Below, one piece after another: positions 29,901 through 36,915 of a stretch of DNA of 40,170 bases. The DNA lies in assembly GCA_050122255.1 (NCBI GenBank), contig JASFJF010000001.1:1-40170 (forward strand). Direction: 5' to 3'. Both the position numbers and the translations under genes were made by a program. Under the pieces are notes generated by a model. That model was not told the origin of the DNA and did no database searches. It saw only the letters and a list, made by a program, of their open reading frames with translations. This DNA comes from Desulfobacterales bacterium. GTDB lineage: Bacteria > Desulfobacterota > Desulfobacteria > Desulfobacterales > JAHEIW01. How positions within the stretch are numbered: the first letter of the stretch is position 1; every line of letters starts with the position of its first letter.

Positions 29901-30678
29901 GCCGATGCCACCGGATGTTGAAACCCTGCTGCCGGGCGTTTTTTTCTGTGACCCGCTAAATGGCCGATCGAGCGGGGCGGCTGCTGCTGTCAAGGTGAGT
30001 GGTTGGCTGCATCAACTGACCGAACAGACCAAACCCGTAGCGGCCTCGGTCGATCCGCATCGCTGTCGGGCCTGCAAAACGTGTATCGATATTTGTCAAT
30101 TGAGTGCGCCGCAACTGGTTGGTGAAGATCCACAGCGCCACTGCTGGATTGATCCGATGATCTGTTCGGGATGTGCCAGTTGTGCTGCGCGATGTCCTTC
30201 CGGTGCCATAACAGCGGGCTATGCTACAGATGAACAGCTGCAGGCCATGTTGGCAGCTGTCCTGAAGGCAGACGACATAAATGCAAGGCCCAAAGCGGTG
30301 GTTTTTACATGTAACTGGAATGCCTACCGGGGGCTTGAATCCGCGGGCCGCCGGCATGCGTCCTATCCATCATGGCTTTATCCCTTAAAGGTCATGTGCC
30401 TGGGCCGCTTGAGCCCGGGGATCCTTCTTAACGCCTTTCATTTGAATGCTGACGGGATTTTGCTACTGGGGTGCGCACCGGATGAATGCCATTATTCATT
30501 TGGCAACCAGCGTGTCCGAGAAACATTTGATTTGACCCGCCGGTTAATGCAGCTATTGGGATATTCAGATAGATGTCTTGTCATGGATCGCATTGCGGCT
30601 GGCGATGCAGATTCCGGAGTATCAAAAATACAACTCTTTGTGGATGGTCTGAATGGAGGCCGACAAAAGCATGGGTAA
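26959..30678 (+). CDS. Giant HdrL-like mosaic flavo-FeS protein: HdrA-like units + GltD/NfnB-like NAD(P)H module + MvhD-like C-terminus
   Basis: - aa 1-125: HdrA-type Rossmann (IIGASPAGLQAALDLA) plus CTSCGDCLEVCP.
- aa ~138-545: GltD-like (CPAGIHVQGY..., ICTHPCEINC, VAIVGAGPSGLTAAHDLA, VVGGGNVAID, VFAGGDA).
- aa 631-680: second half of the HdrA Fd insert and FAD domain (CLACGPCSECMACVEAC, VDFEMGAIILADG).
- aa 733-885: HdrA N-domain-like (GVFLCQCGDHIA...IREQCAWV).
- aa 1035-1080: 2x[4Fe-4S].
- aa 1112-1215: MvhD-like (VVFTCNWNAY...LLLGCAPDECHY).
GTG start 8 nt after AAGGAGG. Confidence 0.85.
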   Translation: MNPGILIIGASPAGLQAALDLAAVGIEVFLTEISPFIGDEPGSEFPSDMSSAHALEAAKHPRVYLLTRTALKSAEKIRDVFKVRLQMRPRYVDLDRCTSCGDCLEVCPVQVPGIDHKAIYLGDGHQPQSAAIDKMGLAPCSHSCPAGIHVQGYVALIAQGRFQEALDLVREAIPFPGICGRICTHPCEINCRRNEIDEPVAIRQLKRFVADWELKKNDPSNRKKLRLALPAAGAKQVAIVGAGPSGLTAAHDLALKNYKVTVFEKLPVAGGMMAVGIPAYRLPRDILEAEIGAIEEMGVEIKTGITFGKDLNLKTLRSDGYSALFLATGLHGSRRLGIVGENLSGVFDGVSFLHDVALGKKVSPAEKLIVVGGGNVAIDVALTARRLGSRSVTIVCLETREEMPARDEEMKEALAAGVEIVNCFGPNRFLSKNNQFTGIEFKRCTCVFDDQCNFNPQYDENELSTLEAEAVMIAIGQCADMDFLKPGNTMRPPQGGIRADPHTLQTNIPWVFAGGDALYGPKTVIEAIASGKRAAESIDRYLNRLDSKGNRVSQRPDAVKAEDHINGHPFRGHLQQRVQLSISERPLTEVERMPKPRISMPVLSKEKSLCSFSEVELGFSEEQAIAEAQRCLACGPCSECMACVEACKAGAVNHAEREKVVDFEMGAIILADGLTTFAQFKLQAGPGLYRISPRETFAGSVAAARAMRHTRVEWYFTAPSTGMGAYLEGPARTGVFLCQCGDHIARVVDTDALRQQSTDLPGVIHADVIPQACLPEAAEHIDNAVLNHGLNRVLLAACSCCSLDQVCSSCTQQRVRCKANLGLFTAGLNGSRCKTDHLSAGNWSNLIWEFVNIREQCAWVHADDPAAATAKADRLIAAAAVKLKMASPPQAPWTEAERSVLVVGNGSAARMCQDLLDDRQIVTRVVEQLPHQIRRVDGQYAVSNPLTVQKATAVVLAPQDAVEAQLLCNAFAASGQVERIMPMPPDVETLLPGVFFCDPLNGRSSGAAAAVKVSGWLHQLTEQTKPVAASVDPHRCRACKTCIDICQLSAPQLVGEDPQRHCWIDPMICSGCASCAARCPSGAITAGYATDEQLQAMLAAVLKADDINARPKAVVFTCNWNAYRGLESAGRRHASYPSWLYPLKVMCLGRLSPGILLNAFHLNADGILLLGCAPDECHYSFGNQRVRETFDLTRRLMQLLGYSDRCLVMDRIAAGDADSGVSKIQLFVDGLNGGRQKHG

Positions 30679-31816
30679 CATGAAAGACATTATCCAACAC
30701 TGTCGAGCATGGTATTGCCAGGAATGTGGCAAGTGCAGTGCGGTATGCCCGATCACCCGTTGGGAGACCCGTTCCTACAGTAGCCCCCGGCTGCTGGTGG
30801 AGAAGGCCGTCGATGGCCAGCCCGAGAAGGTCATGCAGGATCCATTATTTTGGTCCTGCCTGACCTGCCAGCGCTGTAGTCTATTGTGTCCATCGGATGT
30901 CCATTTTTCTGATTTCATGCAGCAGGCCAGAACCCTGGCCACGAGTTGCGGGCACACCGGTGAATGCACCCATGGAGCGGCAATTCAAAATTGGGGTAAA
31001 ATGATGACCGAACCGGGCCTGGCCCAAAATCGCCTGGACTGGATTACACCGGAGCTTCAGGTATCTGATAATTCTGAGATCGTGTATTTTACGGGTTGTT
31101 TACCCTACTATGATGCCTTCTTTAAGCATTTGGATATAGAGGGCATCGACATTGCCAGGGCAGCGCTGAAAATCTTGAACCACCTGGAGGTCACGCCCCA
31201 GGTCATGGCCGACGAGCGATGCTGCGGTCATGATCAGCTATGGGAAGGCGATATGCAGACATTTCAGGCATTGGCCGAACGCAACCTTGAGGCCCTCAGC
31301 GCTACCGGTGCGAAAACCATTGTCACCACCTGTCCGGAATGTGCCTTTATGCTGACTCGCGAATACCCCAAACGGGTCGCAGACCATGGCATGGCGGTAT
31401 TTCACCTGGCTCAGTATTTGGCGCAGGCCGTTGGCGATGGGAATCTCGTGCTGCAGGCCAAATACGAGCAGCGCGTCACCTACCATGATCCCTGCCGTTT
31501 GGGCCGCTATCTTAATATCTACGATGAGCCGCGATCGTTAATGGCAGCTATGGGATTGGATTTACGGGAAATGGAACGGGTCCGCAGTGCCAGCCTGTGT
31601 TGCGGCACCACCGGGTGGACGTCCTGTGGACAGGTCAGCAAGAATATTCAAACTGAGCGGTTGCAGGAAGCGTCTCAAACAGGTGTCAGCCGAATGATTA
31701 CGGCCTGCGTTAAATGCCAGATTCATTTTCGTTGTGCCCAGCAGGATCAACAGCTGGAGGATAAACTCAACCTCGAGATTCAAGATCTAACGACATTAAT
31801 CGCGAATCATCTCTGA
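30671..31816 (+). CDS. HdrD-type protein (HdrC-like 2x[4Fe-4S] + HdrB-like double CCG domain), soluble
   Basis: CQECGKCSAVCP and CLTCQRCSLLCP, then CCG-domain signatures (YFTGC, CCGHD, TTCPEC, YHDPC, CCGTTG, TACVKC). No TM segment. ATG 30671 overlaps the upstream stop by 8 nt. ATG 30653 and 30680 are alternatives. Confidence 0.8.
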   Translation: MGNMKDIIQHCRAWYCQECGKCSAVCPITRWETRSYSSPRLLVEKAVDGQPEKVMQDPLFWSCLTCQRCSLLCPSDVHFSDFMQQARTLATSCGHTGECTHGAAIQNWGKMMTEPGLAQNRLDWITPELQVSDNSEIVYFTGCLPYYDAFFKHLDIEGIDIARAALKILNHLEVTPQVMADERCCGHDQLWEGDMQTFQALAERNLEALSATGAKTIVTTCPECAFMLTREYPKRVADHGMAVFHLAQYLAQAVGDGNLVLQAKYEQRVTYHDPCRLGRYLNIYDEPRSLMAAMGLDLREMERVRSASLCCGTTGWTSCGQVSKNIQTERLQEASQTGVSRMITACVKCQIHFRCAQQDQQLEDKLNLEIQDLTTLIANHL

Positions 31817-31854
31817 TCGCCGGCGGCCAAAAAGATCCGGCTTGCGAGTGTGTT

Positions 31855-33531
31855 TTGGATAAAGCAAAAAGTGCTTTCAATATGATGCAACCAAATATCG
31901 CCACAACCGACATACTGGATCCGAATCTGCTCCAAAGCGTTGTCCGACAGGCGACGTTTCAATGCCGTGCGCAAGGCAGCGGTTTTTACCTGTTTGATCC
32001 GGCGGGCGGCCACAGGATCTTGCTGGCCACTCAGAACCTGCCCAAAGAACCCTGGGATGACGTGCTTCTAAAAGAAATGATCAACTCCGGTCAGGCGGTC
32101 ATTAAAACGCTTCCGGATCAATCTGTTTTGATGGCGGCGCCACTGGTCTGGCAGGAAGCCGTTCGCGGGCTGCTGATTGTTTTCGATAATAAGCCCGGAC
32201 GAACCTTCAGTGAGCGAGATATGGCCCTGATCCAATCTCTGGCAGACCTGACAGCATCGGTTGCCCAGCAAAACGAGCGACTGGCCCGCATGACCGCTCA
32301 ATTTCGCACTTTACACACCATTGATGTTGCGCTGACATCGAGCCTTGAATTGGATCGCGTCCTGAACCTCATCCTTGAAAAAGCCGCTGAGCTGGTCAAT
32401 GCCGAGCACGGCTCGTTGCGACATCTGGAACCAGAGACCGGTAATCTTGTCCTCAAGGCGCACTACGGAAAAGGGTGGACAAAAGAAAAAATGGCGTATA
32501 CCCCGCGCATCGGGCAGGGGATTGCCCGCTGGGTGGCCGAAAAGCAACGGCCTTATCTTTGCCCTGACGTTCGCAAGGATCCTTTAAACGTCGTACTTTT
32601 TGAAGATATGCGTTCCAGCATTTCGGTACCCTTGTTGTACAGCTCGGACAAACAGCACCCAAAAGGAAAATTCATCGGGGTTTTGCTTTTAGAAAGCTCG
32701 CGCCCGGTTGCCTTTGATCAGCAGGATGTTGAACTTCTGGAAGCATTGGCCCAGGAGGCGGTCATTGCCATCCAAAACGCCACTCAGCTTCAAAAACTCA
32801 AGGCGGAGCAAGAACGGCGTCTGGCTGCCGAAAAGTGGGCCGTCATGGGCCAGGCAGCGACTGCCCTGGCGCATCGAATTAATAACCTCTTAGGGGTAGT
32901 GCCGGTTAGCGCCAGTGAAGTGTTACGAATGGTAGCGAAAATGAACCTATCGGATGCAGACCGCCGTTGGGCCCAGTCTAATCTGGAGCGTATCAATCGA
33001 AATGCGCAGTTTATTCTTAAGCTCAGCGAAGCATTATTCAGACCGTTTAAGGAATCCGGTCCAGCCACTCGATTTGACGTCAACCAATTACTCAATGAAG
33101 CGTTAGACTCTGCCGATATAGCCGATGATGTTGAGGTCGTTTGTGACTATGATAACCAGCTGCCCCGGGTGAGTGGCAGTTTGCTTCTGCTGGACATATT
33201 CCTTGAACTCATTATCAATGCTTGCAATGCCATGGAGCGTTGCAAGACCAGACGGCTTGAGATCAGCAGCCGATCGGAAAAAATTGATGGTCTTCCCTGG
33301 ATCCGGGTAAACATCAGTGATACGGGCAAAGGGATGTCTTCCCATCATTTGGAGCATTTATGGAATTTATTTCAACCCAGTGATGACGGGCTTGGATTTG
33401 GGTTGTGGTGGATGCGAACTTTTATCGAACGCCAGGGTGGAACCATTGACTGCCGCAGCCAGCCGGATCATGGCGCTACGTTTATCATCCGGTTACCGGC
33501 TGCCAATGATGTGGAGCAAGTCTATGCCTAA
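31855..33531 (+). CDS. Cytoplasmic GAF-GAF sensor histidine kinase
   Basis: Two GAF-like regions, H-box ATALAHRINNLLG, and ATPase N, G1 and G2 boxes (INACNAM, DTGKGM, GFGLWW). No TM helices. Start is TTG 31855 or ATG 31882. Confidence 0.85.
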   Translation: MDKAKSAFNMMQPNIATTDILDPNLLQSVVRQATFQCRAQGSGFYLFDPAGGHRILLATQNLPKEPWDDVLLKEMINSGQAVIKTLPDQSVLMAAPLVWQEAVRGLLIVFDNKPGRTFSERDMALIQSLADLTASVAQQNERLARMTAQFRTLHTIDVALTSSLELDRVLNLILEKAAELVNAEHGSLRHLEPETGNLVLKAHYGKGWTKEKMAYTPRIGQGIARWVAEKQRPYLCPDVRKDPLNVVLFEDMRSSISVPLLYSSDKQHPKGKFIGVLLLESSRPVAFDQQDVELLEALAQEAVIAIQNATQLQKLKAEQERRLAAEKWAVMGQAATALAHRINNLLGVVPVSASEVLRMVAKMNLSDADRRWAQSNLERINRNAQFILKLSEALFRPFKESGPATRFDVNQLLNEALDSADIADDVEVVCDYDNQLPRVSGSLLLLDIFLELIINACNAMERCKTRRLEISSRSEKIDGLPWIRVNISDTGKGMSSHHLEHLWNLFQPSDDGLGFGLWWMRTFIERQGGTIDCRSQPDHGATFIIRLPAANDVEQVYA

Positions 33532-33535
33532 ATTC

Positions 33536-33724
33536 GGTTAGGTGTTCAAGTGTGTCGGATATTTTTAGGGTAGATAGGTTCAGTCCTCTGGCCCAGTGGG
33601 TCCACAGCTGCTTTTAAGCCGGTGAATCGGGTACAGTCTCAGAGAAATTTCAGATTTTGTTGAGGCATGTAGTGCGCTGACACCCGACACCTGAAACCTA
33701 ACGAGCGGAAGGCTGAACCTTATC
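33536..33724. repeat. Interleaved inverted repeats in the kinase-regulator spacer
   Basis: ggttaggtgttcaagtgtgtcgg (33536-33558) against ccgacacctgaaacctaac (33684-33702) gives about 18 bp with bulges. gataggttcag (33573-33583) pairs against ctgaaccttatc (33713-33724). The two pairs cross one another. Confidence 0.7.
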
Positions 33725-33749
33725 CGATCAACCATATGAGGAGCCAAAA

Positions 33750-34217
33750 ATGCGCGGAAAAGTCCTAATTGTAGATGATTATGCCGATTGGCGAGGACTG
33801 CTCAGCGGGCTGCTGGAACGCGAAGGGCATTTGGTCCAGGCCGCAGCGACCAAAGAAGAAGCCCTTGCATTTATAAATGAAAACAATGATCTGGATCTCT
33901 CTGTTTTAGATATTCGTTTAGTGGACGTGGATGAAAGCAACGAGGACGGTATTCATTTGCTGGCCGAAATCCGCGAACGACTTCCGTTTACCCGCGTGAT
34001 CATGGTCACCGGCTACGGTACCATGGAAACGCAACGCAAAGCGTTCAAGCAGTATCAGGCTTTTGATTTTTTCAGCAAGGCCCAGTTTGATTCCGAGGAA
34101 TTTAAAAATGCGTTTCAGGAGGCCATCGAGCAAGCAGCCCGGGAGCGGCAGTTCTGGAAGGATAAAGAAATTGCGCACGAACACCAATATCAGACCTGGC
34201 AGCGGGAAAAAGGTTGA
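33750..34217 (+). CDS. Receiver-only (CheY-like) response regulator
   Basis: REC residues are present (VDDYAD, phospho-acceptor in VLDIRL, VTGYG, FFSK). 155 aa with only a short helical tail and no output domain. GAGGAG SD upstream. Confidence 0.85.
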   Translation: MRGKVLIVDDYADWRGLLSGLLEREGHLVQAAATKEEALAFINENNDLDLSVLDIRLVDVDESNEDGIHLLAEIRERLPFTRVIMVTGYGTMETQRKAFKQYQAFDFFSKAQFDSEEFKNAFQEAIEQAARERQFWKDKEIAHEHQYQTWQREKG

Positions 34218-34227
34218 TCCGGCCGTT

Positions 34228-34243
34228 TGGCAGGAATTGAGCA
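34228..34243 (+). promoter_or_regulatory. Weak sigma54-like -24/-12 element upstream of hdrA
   Basis: TGGCAGGAATTGAGCA. GG and GC are at the canonical 12-nt register and TGGCA matches, but the -12 TTGC is degenerate (GAGC). Lies about 90 nt before TTG 34334. Confidence 0.25.
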
Positions 34244-34333
34244 ATACCCTCTTTCCGGGCCGCTTCAAAAGGATAATGAACCGGAATTTAATCCAAAACG
34301 GAAAACGTTCTGATTGCGCAAAGGAGGCTGAAT

Positions 34334-36895
34334 TTGACCAAAGAAGAATTGCGGATAGGCGTTTTTGTATGTGATTGCGGCTCCAATATTGCCGGAGTTA
34401 TCAGTGTCGATGAGGTCCAGCGGTTCGCCGAGGCATTGCCGCATGTGGTCGTGGCGGTCCGGAACAAATACACGTGTTCCGATCCGGGCCAGCAAGAAAT
34501 TCAACAAACCATTTTCGATCACAAGCTCAACCGTGTGGTGGTCGCATCCTGTTCTCCGGCTTCTTACGAACCTATTTTTCGGCATTGCATCCAGGCAGCC
34601 GGGTTAAACCCCTATCTGCTGGAAATGGCGAATATTCGCGAACACTGTTCCTGGGTGACGCAGGATCGTGAAGCAGCCACCCAAAAAGCGCTGGGTATCG
34701 TTCGGGTTGCCGTTGCCCGCGCCAAATGGCTCTACCCGCAGGATGAGGAGCACATTCCGGTCACGGATGCGGCCCTGGTGATTGGTGGCGGAGTGGCCGG
34801 CATGCAGTCAGCCCTGGATCTGGCAGATGCCGGGCATCCGGTTTATTTGGTAGAAAAAAAGCCTTCCATTGGCGGCATTATGGCCCAGCTCGACAAAGTC
34901 TATCCAGACATTGAGTGCAGCATCTGAATCCTCGGGCCCAAGATGATGGATGTCGGTCGGCATCCCCGAATAGAGCTCATGACCAACGCTGTTATAGAAG
35001 ATGTCAGCGGATATGTGGGCAACTTTAAAGCGCGCATTCGAAAAAAGCCCCGCTATGTCGATGAGGACCAATGCACGACCTGTGGGGATTGTGTGGCGGT
35101 CTGTCCGGTGGTTGTGCCCGACGAATTTCAAATGGGACTCAGCAGCCGCCGGGCGATTTATATCCCATTTCCCCAGGCCGTGCCTTCGGCTTATGTGGTT
35201 TCAGCCGAAGATTGTTTGGGTCGCAACCCGATCGCCTGTGGCAAGTGCATTGAATCCTGTGAGAAAAATTGTATCGATTTTGATCAGGAAGACGAGCTTG
35301 TCGATATTGATATCGGCGCTATCATTGTTGCCACCGGCATGGACGTATACGATCCGACCGCGCTGGACGAATACGGGTATACGCGTTTTGTCAATGTTGT
35401 CACCAGCCTTGAATTTGAACGGCTGATCTCTACCGGAGGCGCACTGGCCGGAAATCTGGGCCGTCCCAGCGACAAGAAGCGACCTTTGCGTATCGGCTAT
35501 ATTCAATGCGTCGGCTCTCGAACTCAAGACCCCAGCCGCGGCAACCCTTATTGTTCCAACATTTGCTGTATGAACAGCATCAAAGGCGCCCAATACCTGG
35601 TCGATAACTACCCGGATACGGATATTACGATTTTTTATACCGATATTCGCGCTTATGGCAAAGGGTTTGAGGAGCTTTTGATGCGCACCCGCGGTCATGG
35701 GGTTCGATATTTACGCGGATTGCCCGGTGAAGTTCGGGAAGACCCGCACAGCAAAAATTTGTGGGTGACCGTTGAAAATACAACGGAAAAGCGCCTCGAA
35801 ACATTAGAATTTGAAATGCTGGTGCTGGCTGTTGGTGCTGTGCCGGCCGTTGATACAGAGTTTGTGCGTCAGATGGTCAGCCTGTCAAAATCTCCCGGCG
35901 GATTTTTAAAAGAAGCCCATGCCAAGCTGAGGCCGGTGGATACGCCCACAAAGGGGGTTTTTATAGCCGGCGCGGCTGAAAGCCCCAAAGATGTCCGTGA
36001 AAGTGTCACCCAGGCCAGCGCCGCCAGCGCACGGGCCACCATTTTATTGCAAAAGAACCACTTTGCCATTGAGGCGATTACCGCGGTTGTATATGAAGAG
36101 CCTTGCACCCGCTGCGGTCAATGCGCGCAAGTCTGTCCTTTTGGTGCCATAACCTGGGAAAAGAAGCGGGTGCCTCAGATCATCAGTGCGGCCTGTGCCG
36201 GATGCGGGACCTGTGCAGCTGAGTGCAAATTCGGGGCCATTGAAATGCGCCATTTTTCAGACCAGGCGATCTATGCCCAAATTGACGCTATTCTAGTAGA
36301 AAACAGTCTGGAAAAAATCGTAACCTTTGCCTGTAATTGGTGTTCCTATGCTGGCGCTGACACAGCCGGACTGAGCCGTATGGCTTACCCGCCGCACGCC
36401 CTTATTATCCGCACGATGTGCTCGGGGCGGGTGCATCCTGAATTTGTGTGGTATGCATTTCAAAAGGGCGCGCCCGTTGTGCTGGTTTCTGGCTGTCACT
36501 ACGTTGACTGTCATTACATGGATGCTAATCGAAGCACAGTTCGTCGCATTGACGGCTTGTGGGATAAATTGATAAAAACGGGTATCCGACCTGAGCGGCT
36601 GATGTTGGAATGGTGTTCGGCCGCTGAAGGTGGCCGCTGGCAGACCATCATGCTGGACGCTGAGAAAAAGCGCCAGTCGGTAACACCCGAGGAAATAGAG
36701 TTGACCCGTTCTGAGCTGTCAAAGGTTCGGGTGCCCCGTCCCCGGAATCCCAAACCGGCTGACGAAAACAGCGCCGCACAATTTCATTGCCACCGCTGCG
36801 GTCACCGATGGGACGGTCGCTTCAAAGTGGATTGGGAGCGTATTTGTCCCAACTGTCGCTCCAACAGCGTGCACTGGTTGCGACAAAATCATTGA
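34334..36895 (+). CDS. hdrA: Selenocysteine-containing HdrA fused to an MvhD-like domain and a C-terminal zinc ribbon (single gene, UGA-Sec at 34925-34927)
   Basis: Track ORFs 34334-34927 and 34943-36895 share a frame and are separated only by TGA. Read through, the sequence gives LDKVYPDIECSI-U-ILGPKMMDVGRHPRIEL, the HdrA CSxC(I/L)LxPKM motif with Sec replacing the second Cys. Other parts are the N-domain (GVFVCDCGSNIAG), Fd insert, C-terminal 2x[4Fe-4S], MvhD-like FACNWCSYAG...VSGCHYVDCHY (nt ~36314-36637), and CHRCG...CPNC (nt ~36815-36886). TTG start 6 nt after AAGGAGG. Confidence 0.85.
34932..34969 (+). other. Candidate bacterial SECIS hairpin
   Basis: Upper stem ggatg (34948-34952) with catcc (34961-34965) and apical loop ucggucgg containing GGUC. 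Possible lower stem ucgg (34932-34935) with ccga (34966-34969). The upper stem begins 21 nt after the UGA. Confidence 0.5.
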
Positions 36896-36915
36896 CATTC
36901 ACCTCTATAATTACT

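Noticed and set aside
33597-33611. Sigma54-like TGGGTCCACAGCTGC upstream of the response regulator
   Set aside because: Only the GG/GC register and a few flanking bases match. No enhancer-binding protein gene is in the window. It is too weak to annotate as a feature.
34925-34943. TGA at 34925-34927 as a genuine stop, giving two genes (34334-34927 and 34943-36895) or a disrupted pseudogene
   Set aside because: Both ORFs share a frame. The 15 nt between them encode ILGPK, which completes the conserved HdrA CSxCILxPKM motif. The stop sits exactly on a conserved Cys codon. ATG 34943 has no independent RBS. Selenocysteine is the simplest reading.
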